A stretch of DNA of 44,487 nucleotides. It comes from a virus (Duplodnaviria; Caudoviricetes). Position numbers and translations under genes: made by a program. Shown here in pieces: positions 14,674 to 23,515 of the stretch (position 1 is its first letter; the number at the start of each line of letters is the position of its first letter). The notes under the pieces were generated by a model. That model saw only the letters and a program-made list of their open reading frames with translations, was not told the origin of the DNA and searched no databases. The stretch covers positions 1 through 44,487 of IMG/VR virus record IMGVR_UViG_3300049171_000067; one strand, written 5' to 3'.

Positions 14674-15684
14674 TTGGCAGTATATAGACACGTGCACGTA
14701 TCATTTTGGGAAGATTCAAAAGTAGTGGAGGAAATGACACCAGAGGATAAGTTCTTTTATCTCTACTTGCTCACTAATCCAAATACAACACAAATAGGAA
14801 TCTACCCTATCACAAAAAAGAAGATGGCTTTTGACATGGGTTATTCTCTCGAAAGTGCTAACGCTTTGATAGATCGGTTTGAGAATCACCATCAGGTTAT
14901 CAAATACAACCAAGAAACAAGGGAAATAGCCCTTTTGAATTGGGGGAAATACAACCTCAATCGTGGTGGTAAACCAGTTGAGGATTGCATGAGAAAAGAA
15001 CTAAAGGAAGTAAAAGATACAAATTTGATTCAAATGGTTGCTCAAAAAGTTGGTAATGATCGTTTGAAATCCTTATATTTAGCGGCATCAGACGATACGT
15101 CACCCGATACGTCCACGACACGTACCACGATAAGTGGACAAAAAGAAAAAGAAAAAGAAAAAGAAAAAGAAAAAGAAAAAGAAAAAGAAAAAGAACCTGA
15201 TAAGCCAACTCCATCGAAAAAAGAAAAACGTCCCAAAGAAAATCTATCGTCTACCAAAGATGTTGAGACCTTTGTTGAAAAGCAAATGCTTTCCAACCCT
15301 TCGCCAATTAATAGAAAAATATTAGTTAAATATATTGATTGCTTAAGGCTCTACAGGAAAACAGCTCGAATATCCACCAACATTGTAGAAGCTGAATGGG
15401 ATAAGTGGAAGAATTTCCCCGATACAGTTGTTACATATGCAATGTTGCAACACATTGAAAGGCACCAGGACAAAGACAGAGAATATACGATCGGAATTAT
15501 GAGGAGAACTACTGAACATGAAGCAAGTAGAAAACTCATGATAATTGCCAACAAACAGGAGGGTAACAACAATGCAACCAGTAACAGCGTTTATGGCGGA
15601 TATCCAAGCGAGGTCGGAAAGAATGAAAGCACATCTGAGGGAACAGGTTACTACGACCAATTCGATGGACTCTTTGCAAACTAA
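14674..15684 (+). CDS. Phage replication initiator (replisome organiser)
   Basis: MAVYRHVHVSFWED...MTPEDKFFYLYLLTNP N-terminus typical of Bacillota phage initiators; directly upstream of a DnaC-like loader. Confidence 0.85.
   Translation: MAVYRHVHVSFWEDSKVVEEMTPEDKFFYLYLLTNPNTTQIGIYPITKKKMAFDMGYSLESANALIDRFENHHQVIKYNQETREIALLNWGKYNLNRGGKPVEDCMRKELKEVKDTNLIQMVAQKVGNDRLKSLYLAASDDTSPDTSTTRTTISGQKEKEKEKEKEKEKEKEKEPDKPTPSKKEKRPKENLSSTKDVETFVEKQMLSNPSPINRKILVKYIDCLRLYRKTARISTNIVEAEWDKWKNFPDTVVTYAMLQHIERHQDKDREYTIGIMRRTTEHEASRKLMIIANKQEGNNNATSNSVYGGYPSEVGKNESTSEGTGYYDQFDGLFAN
15091..15195 (+). repeat. Probable lytic origin inside the initiator gene: four CGATACGT-like iterons plus (AAAGAA)x9
   Basis: CGATACGT 15093 and 15105, CGACACGT 15116, CGATAAGT 15128; perfect hexamer tract 15142-15195 encoding (KE)9. 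Confidence 0.65.
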
Positions 15685-16441
15685 CTTTGATTGCCTGAAA
15701 TGCAAAGATGAGGGTTATATTCTCGATGGGTGGACAGCAACAGAATGTACTTGCTTGATGAAGAAGCGTTATCAAACAAGGCTAAAGGGAGCGATGATTC
15801 CTGAAGAATTTGAAGATGATACGTTGGATAGTTACAAAGTCGCTGATCCAACACAGAGAATATTGCTGGATGCTGCTAAACAGTATCTAGCGGAATATGA
15901 CGATATCAAAGATAACTCTAGTAATGGACTTGGCTTCTTGGCTACATATGGAGAACAGAGATTAAATGCTATCCGAGATTTGGATAAGAAAAATATGATT
16001 AAACAAAAACATAATAGCTATGGATTGGGGAAAACACATCTCCAAGTAGCCATTGCAAAAGAGTTGCTAAAGCAAGATGTTGCTGTTTTGATCGTGTCTG
16101 ATGCGATTATCATGGATGAGATGATGGCTTATAAGTCGGATAAAGAGAACAAAGATTTATACTATCGGAAGTTTGATGCATTGGTGAATGTTCCTGTTCT
16201 GATTTGGGATGACATTGGTAAATCCAATTCCAGTGAAGCCAAACGGACTATGTATTTTAACATCATCAACGAACGGTACAAAAAGAAAAAAGCGATCATC
16301 TTCAGCTCCAACGAAGATCGATACACATTAGAAAGCAGAATAGGAGATGCAGCCGCATCCAGATTGTTCAGCATGGCAAAGGGACGTATTTATCGAGTAG
16401 AGGGACAAGATTATCGATTACTTGGAAAGAGGGCGGTCTAA
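15572..16441 (+). CDS. DnaC/IstB-like AAA+ helicase loader
   Basis: CLKC...CTC Zn site, GLGKTHL Walker A, VLIWDDIG Walker B, IINERY; SD GGAGG before ATG 15572. Confidence 0.9.
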   Translation: MQPVTAFMADIQARSERMKAHLREQVTTTNSMDSLQTNFDCLKCKDEGYILDGWTATECTCLMKKRYQTRLKGAMIPEEFEDDTLDSYKVADPTQRILLDAAKQYLAEYDDIKDNSSNGLGFLATYGEQRLNAIRDLDKKNMIKQKHNSYGLGKTHLQVAIAKELLKQDVAVLIVSDAIIMDEMMAYKSDKENKDLYYRKFDALVNVPVLIWDDIGKSNSSEAKRTMYFNIINERYKKKKAIIFSSNEDRYTLESRIGDAAASRLFSMAKGRIYRVEGQDYRLLGKRAV

Positions 16442-16752
16442 TGGGTGAAGTCGCTTGGATAACAAGAAGAACCGAGGAAGATAACATTAAATGGATTGAA
16501 AATAATTACATGAAAAAGAAATCCCGTAACATCTATATGGCTTTGGAAGATGACAACATGAATTTTTATTGGGATGAGAAGGAGGTGTTGCTATTCGATA
16601 AGATTTGGAAGCGAGGAACAAACATCATGGATATTGCTGATACTTTCAGGCGTGATCCTGACGAGGTAATGATCCTTGCTATTGATCGAGCGAGGAAAGG
16701 CTTTATAGGCAAGAGAAAAGGCGGAATAGTGGGAATGGGTTCGACAAAATAA
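16441..16752 (+). CDS. Conserved phage HTH-like protein
   Basis: MNFYWDEKEV...IMDIADTFRRDPDEVMILAID pattern; coupled to the loader gene. Confidence 0.7.
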   Translation: MGEVAWITRRTEEDNIKWIENNYMKKKSRNIYMALEDDNMNFYWDEKEVLLFDKIWKRGTNIMDIADTFRRDPDEVMILAIDRARKGFIGKRKGGIVGMGSTK

Positions 16753-16775
16753 AAAATAAGGTGTGGTTATGAATA

Positions 16776-17099
16776 ATGGCAAAAGAATTTTCTGATGTAT
16801 TAAAAAGTTACGAAGAAAAACAACAAAAAGAATGGGAATTGGCTCAGAAACTAGAGGAGACAGGCGAAGGAAAAGAAGTTGTTGATGGTTGGTTTAAGTT
16901 GATTGTAAGCAAAGAGGAATATGGGATTATCGTTGATGCTCTCGAAGAATTATTCATGAATGCTGATATCTCAGATGAAGATAGTAATCGAATTAAGGAA
17001 GTTTTGTCAGATATATCAAGCAGAAAGACTCTTCCAAATAGAAAAGAGCTATTATTGTCAACTGGTTTAGATATACCAGGTCAAAACTTAGAAGACTAA
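16776..17099 (+). CDS. Hypothetical protein
   Basis: ORF with SD AAGGTG. Confidence 0.65.
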   Translation: MAKEFSDVLKSYEEKQQKEWELAQKLEETGEGKEVVDGWFKLIVSKEEYGIIVDALEELFMNADISDEDSNRIKEVLSDISSRKTLPNRKELLLSTGLDIPGQNLED

Positions 17100-17214
17100 A
17101 ATAAAAAGCCCAACTATGGCCATAGTTAAGCTTTGGTGAAAGAATGCAATTTTACTAAATATACACATTGCCCATTGTAACGCGAAACAGTGGGCAAATC
17201 AAGGGGGAAGCATC

Positions 17215-17457
17215 ATGAGTAATTACACTTATGATTCATGCGGACGAATTCAGTACAATCCAGAATTACATCCGAATCACAAGCGACCATATAAATTATC
17301 GGAATTAGAGTACCTTTGCAAGTATTGGCAACGCGGTAAACGCAGAGAAATATCCTTTGCTCTCGGAAGAACAGAAGCTACTTTGGCAGATAAGGTTTGC
17401 AAATTGAGAAAAGCTGGTCAGTTTGATCACTACAAGAATTTAAATACATTCAACTAA
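17215..17457 (+). CDS. Conserved Bacillota phage HTH-like protein
   Basis: YNPELHPNH...ELEYLCKYW...ISFALGRTEAT. Confidence 0.7.
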   Translation: MSNYTYDSCGRIQYNPELHPNHKRPYKLSELEYLCKYWQRGKRREISFALGRTEATLADKVCKLRKAGQFDHYKNLNTFN

Positions 17458-17468
17458 GGGGAATAATC

Positions 17469-17708
17469 ATGACAAATAAATTCAAATGGAAATTGGAAAC
17501 CAACGACATTGTAGAAAAAGGAAACATCTTTCGAGATGGTGATGATGGATACAAGATTACCAGTATCGAGCGAATAGAGGAGCTTCATGGGACTGTATAT
17601 GTAACCTTTCGAGCTAGGAAGATGACAAATAAGGAAAGAGATAACTTCTTTGAATTCTTAAATGATCTAGAAGAGAAGCGGAAACAAATGGAGGGAGATG
17701 AATCATGA
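17469..17708 (+). CDS. Hypothetical protein
   Basis: SD AAGGGG; operon context. Confidence 0.7.
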   Translation: MTNKFKWKLETNDIVEKGNIFRDGDDGYKITSIERIEELHGTVYVTFRARKMTNKERDNFFEFLNDLEEKRKQMEGDES

Positions 17709-17947
17709 AAATGTACGTCGTGTGGCACTCCCCTTATGACGAGGGCGACCGTTACATTACTATCCACAAAACATTCGAGGATGCCAGAACGGATGCAATG
17801 AATGATATGGATGGAAGTAGTGATTGTATCCGCATCTATGAAATGGGATTTGGTGATACTCGTTTTTATCGTGGTGATTGGATTTGGGAATGTGAAGCTG
17901 ATTATCATACAGGGGAATTGACTGAGACATACACAGGGGAGAGATGA
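17705..17947 (+). CDS. Hypothetical protein
   Basis: ATGA coupling with upstream gene. Confidence 0.7.
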   Translation: MKMYVVWHSPYDEGDRYITIHKTFEDARTDAMNDMDGSSDCIRIYEMGFGDTRFYRGDWIWECEADYHTGELTETYTGER

Positions 17948-18193
17948 ATGATGAACATGTATTTCATCTACAGACCATCTACACACGAGTTCCTAAGATT
18001 CTACGACGGCGGGCCTTATGGTCCACACGTAGGATGGACATATGATAGCGGACTATCCTACTTATTTCATACACGAAAGCAAGCCACAACAGCAGCAGAA
18101 GCCATATCACAAGCAGATCACCTGCAGATACAAGTGATTACGTTTCGCGAGATGGGACGCAGCACGATCGAATACGAGGGGGAAGCGTCATGA
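17948..18193 (+). CDS. Hypothetical protein
   Basis: Abuts upstream stop; operon context. Confidence 0.7.
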   Translation: MMNMYFIYRPSTHEFLRFYDGGPYGPHVGWTYDSGLSYLFHTRKQATTAAEAISQADHLQIQVITFREMGRSTIEYEGEAS

Positions 18194-18381
18194 AAAGATT
18201 TCCCCGCTCAGGTTGTCCAGGTGTGACATGGCATCGTACAGGTGGAAGATGGATCGCTAGAGCTTGCAAGAATGGCAAAGAAATATATCTAGGGTGTTAC
18301 ATCCATAAAGAGGATGCTTGTAGGGCTAGAGAGCATTTCCTAGAAACAGGAATCATCTCAAAAAAGCATGATGCATCATGA
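18190..18381 (+). CDS. Stand-alone AP2-domain DNA-binding protein
   Basis: SGCPGVTWHRTGGRWIARACKNGKEIYLGCYIHKEDACRAR. Confidence 0.8.
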   Translation: MKRFPRSGCPGVTWHRTGGRWIARACKNGKEIYLGCYIHKEDACRAREHFLETGIISKKHDAS

Positions 18382-18572
18382 CACACATTCGTGTGGTGTA
18401 TCAGACATTTGGCCTTCAATGTGGTTATACCAAATGGATTCGGCAATCAGAGCTTAACGAATGGTTAGCATTCAGACAAATACCATATGATGCATGGATC
18501 TGGATTGATAAAGGCGACAGGTACGACCGCTACCTAGGATATGAGAATCAACAAATTCATCTTACAGCATAG
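18378..18572 (+). CDS. Hypothetical protein
   Basis: ATGA coupling with upstream gene. Confidence 0.65.
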   Translation: MTHIRVVYQTFGLQCGYTKWIRQSELNEWLAFRQIPYDAWIWIDKGDRYDRYLGYENQQIHLTA

Positions 18573-18584
18573 GGGGATGGCATC

Positions 18585-18866
18585 ATGACAGATAAAACTG
18601 TACAAAAGATCGTCCGCTTAGAAAAAGAAGTTAAACGGCTTAAATCTATGCTCTCCAAAGTAGAAACACAATTGAAAACCTTAGATATATCTACTCATGA
18701 GGTTTGGTATCAAGAGTACCAAGAAGGAAAAACATTCGCCCAGCTTGGAGAGAAATATCACATAAGCCCTGCAACCATCCATATAGCATTTAAGGAGCAT
18801 GGATGGGCTACTAGGAAGAGAACTAATTTTATGAAACGTAAGGAGACAAAAAATGAAGGTGCTTGA
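18585..18866 (+). CDS. Coiled-coil plus HTH protein
   Basis: GKTFAQLGEKYHISPATIHIAFKEHG. Confidence 0.7.
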   Translation: MTDKTVQKIVRLEKEVKRLKSMLSKVETQLKTLDISTHEVWYQEYQEGKTFAQLGEKYHISPATIHIAFKEHGWATRKRTNFMKRKETKNEGA

Positions 18867-18973
18867 TCAATAAGAAATCCCCTTGCCAATGGTGACACAT
18901 TAGCAGGGGAATCCCTCTTTTGGTGCTTGGATGGATCTACACACAAGGATTATAACACATAGGAGTGGTAACG

Positions 18974-19402
18974 ATGGGAGTACTTAAATTGGATTACCGC
19001 CGTGAAGTAGAACAAATGTTGAAAAAGTATCCAGCATATAGAAGATCAATGAACGTATTACCTGCTTGTGTCCCAAGCTATGAAGAGAGAGTACAAGGAG
19101 GGGAGCAGGAATACATCTCATCAACAGAAAAATACGCATTCATCCGAGCTGAAAGAAGACAACTTGTAGAAGATGTGGAACTAGCGTTATCCTTCTTATC
19201 ACCAAAGGAAAAGGAACTGATTCATTTAACGTATTTTGTAGAAGAAAAACCGCTTATCAATATTATTTGGATGAAGCTGAACATGAGCAGATCAACATAC
19301 TACCGTCAAAAAGATTCCATTTTAGATAAGATAGCTCCCGTCCTCATGGGAACTTTTGAGAAAAACGCGGGAACTTTTGGGACGAATCACATGGTAACAT
19401 GA
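18974..19402 (+). CDS. ArpU/RinA-family late transcription activator
   Basis: Last early gene; LSPKEKELIHLTYF...IWMKLNMSRSTYYRQKDSIL; SD AGGAG favours ATG 18974 (track start 18965). Confidence 0.85.
   Translation: MGVLKLDYRREVEQMLKKYPAYRRSMNVLPACVPSYEERVQGGEQEYISSTEKYAFIRAERRQLVEDVELALSFLSPKEKELIHLTYFVEEKPLINIIWMKLNMSRSTYYRQKDSILDKIAPVLMGTFEKNAGTFGTNHMVT
19348..19400 (+). promoter_or_regulatory. Putative activator-binding direct repeats and late promoter
   Basis: GGGAACTTTTG at 19348 and 19369 (21-bp spacing), then extended -10 TGGTAACAT; matches the layout known for RinA/ArpU-type activators. Confidence 0.65.
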
Positions 19403-19440
19403 TAGTAGTTATATATATAAATTAGTTTGTCACACATACC

Positions 19441-19518
19441 AAACCCCGACGAGCGGAAGACAACAACAAACACACTCACCACAGTGAAAATGAGGTCTGC
19501 ACAGCTCGTGGGGGTTTT
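19441..19518 (+). ncRNA. Multibranched structured RNA at the start of the late transcript
   Basis: AAACCCCGACGAGC pairs with GCTCGTGGGGGTTT, enclosing AGAC/GTCT and CTCA/TGAG stems. Confidence 0.4.
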
Positions 19519-19689
19519 CTATTTGAGAAGCACGGTCATATGATCGTGTTTTTTGTTTATATCAAATAATAGGGGTCTAGAAGCCCGAATTTCAAAAAAT
19601 ACATTCGAGTAATATGATCTATCATTATTTTTATTTTCGTTCGCCTCAGAGGTAAATAGAGGCCTATTTTACTATAAGGGGATGACAGA

Positions 19690-19854
19690 ATGGTTCCAAT
19701 TCTCAGAGAAGGCGACACAATTCAATTGAAAGATGGTCGGCGTGGAGTTGTATTCTACATCAATCGTAGGATTAAGCATTATCAGGTGATGTGCAGAGAT
19801 GATTACCATGAGATGATTCCGTGGGATCAGGTAAAAGAAAAAGCCGCCAATTGA
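19690..19854 (+). CDS. 54-aa hypothetical protein
   Basis: Translated by hand; SD AAGGGG. Confidence 0.55.
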   Translation: MVPILREGDTIQLKDGRRGVVFYINRRIKHYQVMCRDDYHEMIPWDQVKEKAAN

Positions 19855-19874
19855 TGGAATTGGTGTTTTCTAGG

Positions 19875-20021
19875 TGTTTAAAAAGGTAGACCTTGTGAAA
19901 CTACAAATTACATCTCCTATAATGTGTGTCAAAAGATTAAATTGTCAATTATTAAACGTTTGATAATATCCGTTCACCTTTTGACACTTGAATGATATAA
20001 TATTCATAAAAGGTTGAACGG
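19875..20021. promoter_or_regulatory. Putative res site of the resolvase
   Basis: Interleaved inverted repeats GTGTCAAAAG/CTTTTGACAC and CCGTTCACCTTTT/AAAAGGTTGAACGG directly upstream of the gene. Confidence 0.55.
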
Positions 20022-20032
20022 GAGGAAGACAA

Positions 20033-20692
20033 ATGAAACAAAAAGTGTTTGGGTACATTCGGGTAAGTGCGAAAGATCAAAACCCAGATCGCCAACTTTA
20101 TGAAATGCTGGAACTAGGAATCGAAGAACGAGATATTTTCATGGATAAACAATCAGGAAAAGATTTTGACCGTCCAAGTTATCAAGCTCTTAAACGGTGT
20201 TTGCGTGAAGGTGACATACTCTATATTAAATCCATTGACCGTTTTGGTCGTAACTCCAAGGAGATAAAAAAAGAGTGGGAGTATATCACGCAAGAGTTAA
20301 AAGCAGATATAAGAGTCATGGACATGCCGTTACTCGATACCACACAGTATAAAGATACTTTGGGATCATTCGTTAGTGATTTGGTTTTACAGGTCTTGGC
20401 GTTTGTTGCAGAAAGGGAACGGGATAACATTAAGCAACGACAAAAAGAAGGTATTTCTGTTGCCAAAGCTCAAGGAAAGCATTTAGGACGACCGAAAATC
20501 ACATTAACTGATATGCAACAAGAAACATTTCAAAGCCTCTATCCTAGATGGAAAGCTGAGGAAATAACAGCGGTTCAATTTATGAATGAATTAGGACTTA
20601 AGAAAAATACATTCTATCGCACCATCAAAAAATACGAGAACCAGCATCCGGCTACTGAGGGGCAACGGAACCATATAATGGAATCTATCTGA
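20033..20692 (+). CDS. Small serine recombinase (resolvase family)
   Basis: GYIRVS catalytic motif, DKQSG, IDRFGRN, GKHLGRP, C-terminal HTH; 219 aa is too short for a serine integrase. Confidence 0.95.
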   Translation: MKQKVFGYIRVSAKDQNPDRQLYEMLELGIEERDIFMDKQSGKDFDRPSYQALKRCLREGDILYIKSIDRFGRNSKEIKKEWEYITQELKADIRVMDMPLLDTTQYKDTLGSFVSDLVLQVLAFVAERERDNIKQRQKEGISVAKAQGKHLGRPKITLTDMQQETFQSLYPRWKAEEITAVQFMNELGLKKNTFYRTIKKYENQHPATEGQRNHIMESI

Positions 20693-20889
20693 CGGACTAG
20701 AGCACGAACCGTCTCATAGGGTCGATGGTGAAATTGCGGCATTTTTGCATATCCCCCCGAAATAGTACATTAGGGAGCAACGGAACAGAAAACCGGAATA
20801 AGCCTTATCGGATATGTAAAACCAGCATCCGTGTCACAAAGCGCAATTTGCCCAACAATTGGAAATAATCCTGCGGGGAGGTATAAGCC

Positions 20890-21057
20890 ATGGCATTTGA
20901 TGAGAAGGTATCCAAGCTTCTGGATAATCTCCCAGATCAAATGGAAAAGGATATCAAGGAGTTTAACCAAGATCAAAAGAAGCTGGAAAGAGAAATGAAT
21001 GATTTTGATAAAGATTTGAAACGAGATATAGCCAACAGTCGACTGCTCAGAAAGTAA
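20890..21057 (+). CDS. 55-aa coiled-coil micro-protein
   Basis: Translated by hand; SD GGGGAGGT. Confidence 0.6.
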   Translation: MAFDEKVSKLLDNLPDQMEKDIKEFNQDQKKLEREMNDFDKDLKRDIANSRLLRK

Positions 21058-21273
21058 TCAAAACAAACTCAACTGCTGACCATGATCAAAATGTAACCGA
21101 AACTGCTTGTGGGTAATCACAGCTCCAGCCAACTGCAAGCCGTCTACGCTCACAGTGCGATCAAATGTTACCTGTACATTGCGTGAGGTCACAGCGTCGA
21201 TTCGAGCAGATACATTTTCATATACAGTGCCATCTTTGCCATACCAGATATCACCTATTATAAAAGGTTCCAT
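21058..21273 (-). CDS. Hypothetical protein ending QQLSLF
   Basis: SD AGGAGGTG; terminal QLSLF matches the beta-clamp-binding consensus. Confidence 0.7.
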   Translation of the reverse strand: MEPFIIGDIWYGKDGTVYENVSARIDAVTSRNVQVTFDRTVSVDGLQLAGAVITHKQFRLHFDHGQQLSLF

Positions 21274-21378
21274 GTGATCACCTCCTAGTAATTGTAATCT
21301 ACTTTGCGGGTAATGACATCTTCGCTGGTATTACCCCATGTTAAGGATCATGGTAAAATTCTCCTATGAGGTGATCAC

Positions 21379-21618
21379 ATGGAGAAAAACTATTTTAAGA
21401 TTAATCTAAGAGTGCATGACTCACGTAAAAGAAAAAGTTATACGGATTTCAGGGTTACTGAGTTACCTAAATACGTAAATGTTGACGTGAATGATGTAGT
21501 TAAATTCGAATCAGACTTCACTGATGAATTGGAAGCCTCGTTAGGCAGCGGCGAATATATAGAAGAAGTATCATCTGTGGAAGAAATCTCAAAAGATGAG
21601 TACACAAAATATATATAA
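21379..21618 (+). CDS. Hypothetical protein (moron)
   Basis: SD GAGGTG and upstream TGGTAAAAT extended -10. Confidence 0.7.
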   Translation: MEKNYFKINLRVHDSRKRKSYTDFRVTELPKYVNVDVNDVVKFESDFTDELEASLGSGEYIEEVSSVEEISKDEYTKYI

Positions 21619-21752
21619 ATCACTTTGGGGTAAGGCACCGATTCACACATTGAGGGGCCACTCTGGAAAATATATGTATCTATCGTGCCGCTTTTGGACT
21701 TATCTCGGATTGCTTATGACAGGGTTCCTACCATAGACCGCAAAGTAAGTTA

Positions 21753-21778
21753 AACCACTCACACGAGTGGTATTTTTT
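21753..21778 (+). terminator. Terminator-like hairpin upstream of terS
   Basis: ACCACTC-ACAC-GAGTGGT then ATTTTTT. Confidence 0.55.
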
Positions 21779-21800
21779 ATGCTCTGGAGGTGGTGAGGAT

Positions 21801-22253
21801 GTGGCAAAAGGTAAATATCAGGAGTGGATAACTGAAGAAGGTTTGCTGCGAATCCAAGGATGGGCAAGAGATGGTCTAACAGATGAGCAAATAGCCCACA
21901 ACATGGGGATCACGGCTAGAACTCTTTACAATTGGAAAACAAGTTATGTTCCGATTTTTCAGGCCCTAAAAGAGGGGAAAGAAATAGTTGATCGGAAAGT
22001 AGAAAACGCCTTACTCAAAAGAGCTTTAGGATATAAATACACAGAACAAACCGTCACTAATAAAGGCGATGTAGTCAATGTAGAAAAATACGAACATCCA
22101 AATACAACCGCTATTATCTACTGGTTGAAAAATCGCAAAAAGAAAACATGGCGTGATAAACATGAAGAGGAAAAAAGTAGTGAAACAAAAAGGCGAATAA
22201 TCATCGTTAACAATCTTAAAGAGATGGAAAGTAAAAATGATGATAAACAATAA
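21801..22253 (+). CDS. terS: Terminase small subunit (HTH type)
   Basis: GWARDGLTDEQIAHNMGI...VENALLKRALGY...TTAIIYWLKNR; overlaps terL. Confidence 0.85.
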   Translation: MAKGKYQEWITEEGLLRIQGWARDGLTDEQIAHNMGITARTLYNWKTSYVPIFQALKEGKEIVDRKVENALLKRALGYKYTEQTVTNKGDVVNVEKYEHPNTTAIIYWLKNRKKKTWRDKHEEEKSSETKRRIIIVNNLKEMESKNDDKQ

Positions 22254-23502
22254 CGATATGATATGGGATTTATGGAATATCGTTGGCAGTGGTTACGCTG
22301 ATATGTGGGATTATCAAGGACGATACTTGGCTATTAAAGGCGGAAGGGGCTCGAAGAAGAGTAAGACCACCGCTATTCGTTGGATAGTAAAATTGATGGA
22401 GCATCCAGCAGCTAACCTTCTTGTCATTAGGAAAATATTTAATACTCATCGTGATAGTACATTTGCTGATTTAAAATGGGCTACTTATCAATTAGGAATA
22501 TATGAGGATTGGCATTTCAAAACATCGCCATTAGAAGCCGTCTATATTCCCACTGGACAGAAAATATTGTTTCGCGGTTTGGATAATCCTCTTTCTATTA
22601 CATCGATCACAGTAGAAAAGGGTTATTTGTGCTGGTGTTGGTTTGAGGAAGCTTACCAAGTAACAAATGAAGATGATTTTAACAAAGTAGATATGTCTAT
22701 CCGTGGTGATACTGGTGGACTGTTCAAACAAATAGTTCTTACTTTCAACCCTTGGAACGAATCGCATTGGTTAAAGAAACGTTTCTTTGATGTTGAGCAA
22801 CCTAATGTGAGACATTTTACCACCAACTACCTATGTAATGAATTTCTAGATGATGCGGACCGTGAGTTATTTGAGTGGATGAAAAAGCATAATCCTAGAC
22901 GTTATCGTATTGAAGGTATGGGAGATTGGGGCATAGCTGAGGGTGCTATATTTGATAACTGGGAAGAAAGAGACTTCGATTATCAAGAGATTGCCAAGCG
23001 TAAAGGTGTTCAATCAGCGTTTGGGTTAGATTTTGGGTATTCAGTTGATCCAACAGGTTTTATTGCTCTGTTGGTGGATGAAGAACAAAAGGAAATATAC
23101 ATCTATGATGAGCATTACCAACGCGCTATGCTCAATAACGAAATAGCTAATATGATTAAGTACAAAGGTTACAGCAAAGAAAAAATCATCGCTGACAGCT
23201 CGGAGCCAAAAAGTATTGCTGAAATCAAGAAACACGGCATTGGTCGGATCAAAGCAGCAGAAAAGGGCAAGGACAGTATTCTAAACGGTATCCAATTCGC
23301 TCATCAGTTCAAAATATATGTTCATCCCAAATGTACAAACACCATCGTTGAGCTTTCAAACTATGTATGGGATCAGGACAAAGACGGTAAAACGATAAAC
23401 AAGCCAGTCGATGAGTATAACCACTTGATGGATGCCATGCGCTATAGTTTGGAGCCCATACGGAAAGGAATCGCCAAGGCTAAGGCAGTCAAACGAATAT
23501 AA
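22237..23502 (+). CDS. terL: Terminase large subunit, PBSX/SPP1-like (headful type)
   Basis: GGRGSKKS Walker A, WFEEA Walker B, TFNP, GLDFG and NHLMDAMRY nuclease motifs. Confidence 0.95.
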   Translation: MMINNNDMIWDLWNIVGSGYADMWDYQGRYLAIKGGRGSKKSKTTAIRWIVKLMEHPAANLLVIRKIFNTHRDSTFADLKWATYQLGIYEDWHFKTSPLEAVYIPTGQKILFRGLDNPLSITSITVEKGYLCWCWFEEAYQVTNEDDFNKVDMSIRGDTGGLFKQIVLTFNPWNESHWLKKRFFDVEQPNVRHFTTNYLCNEFLDDADRELFEWMKKHNPRRYRIEGMGDWGIAEGAIFDNWEERDFDYQEIAKRKGVQSAFGLDFGYSVDPTGFIALLVDEEQKEIYIYDEHYQRAMLNNEIANMIKYKGYSKEKIIADSSEPKSIAEIKKHGIGRIKAAEKGKDSILNGIQFAHQFKIYVHPKCTNTIVELSNYVWDQDKDGKTINKPVDEYNHLMDAMRYSLEPIRKGIAKAKAVKRI

Positions 23503-23515
23503 AGGAGGTGGCAAA

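Noticed and set aside
14957-15325. Poly-Lys, (FL)n and (SF)n ORFs
   Set aside because: Alternative-frame readings of the (AAAGAA)9 tract within the initiator gene
20033-20692. Integrase or tail-fibre invertase role for the serine recombinase
   Set aside because: Too short for a large serine integrase; far from tail genes; the upstream res-like repeats fit dimer resolution
20690-20880. Group I intron or hammerhead ribozyme
   Set aside because: GACTA and AATTGCGG-like words are in the wrong order for P-Q-R-S and no complete catalytic core is found
21300-21747. 10-bp inverted repeat TACTTTGCGG/CCGCAAAGTA flanking gene 21379 as an invertible segment
   Set aside because: Short enough to arise by chance and unlike the res-site repeats
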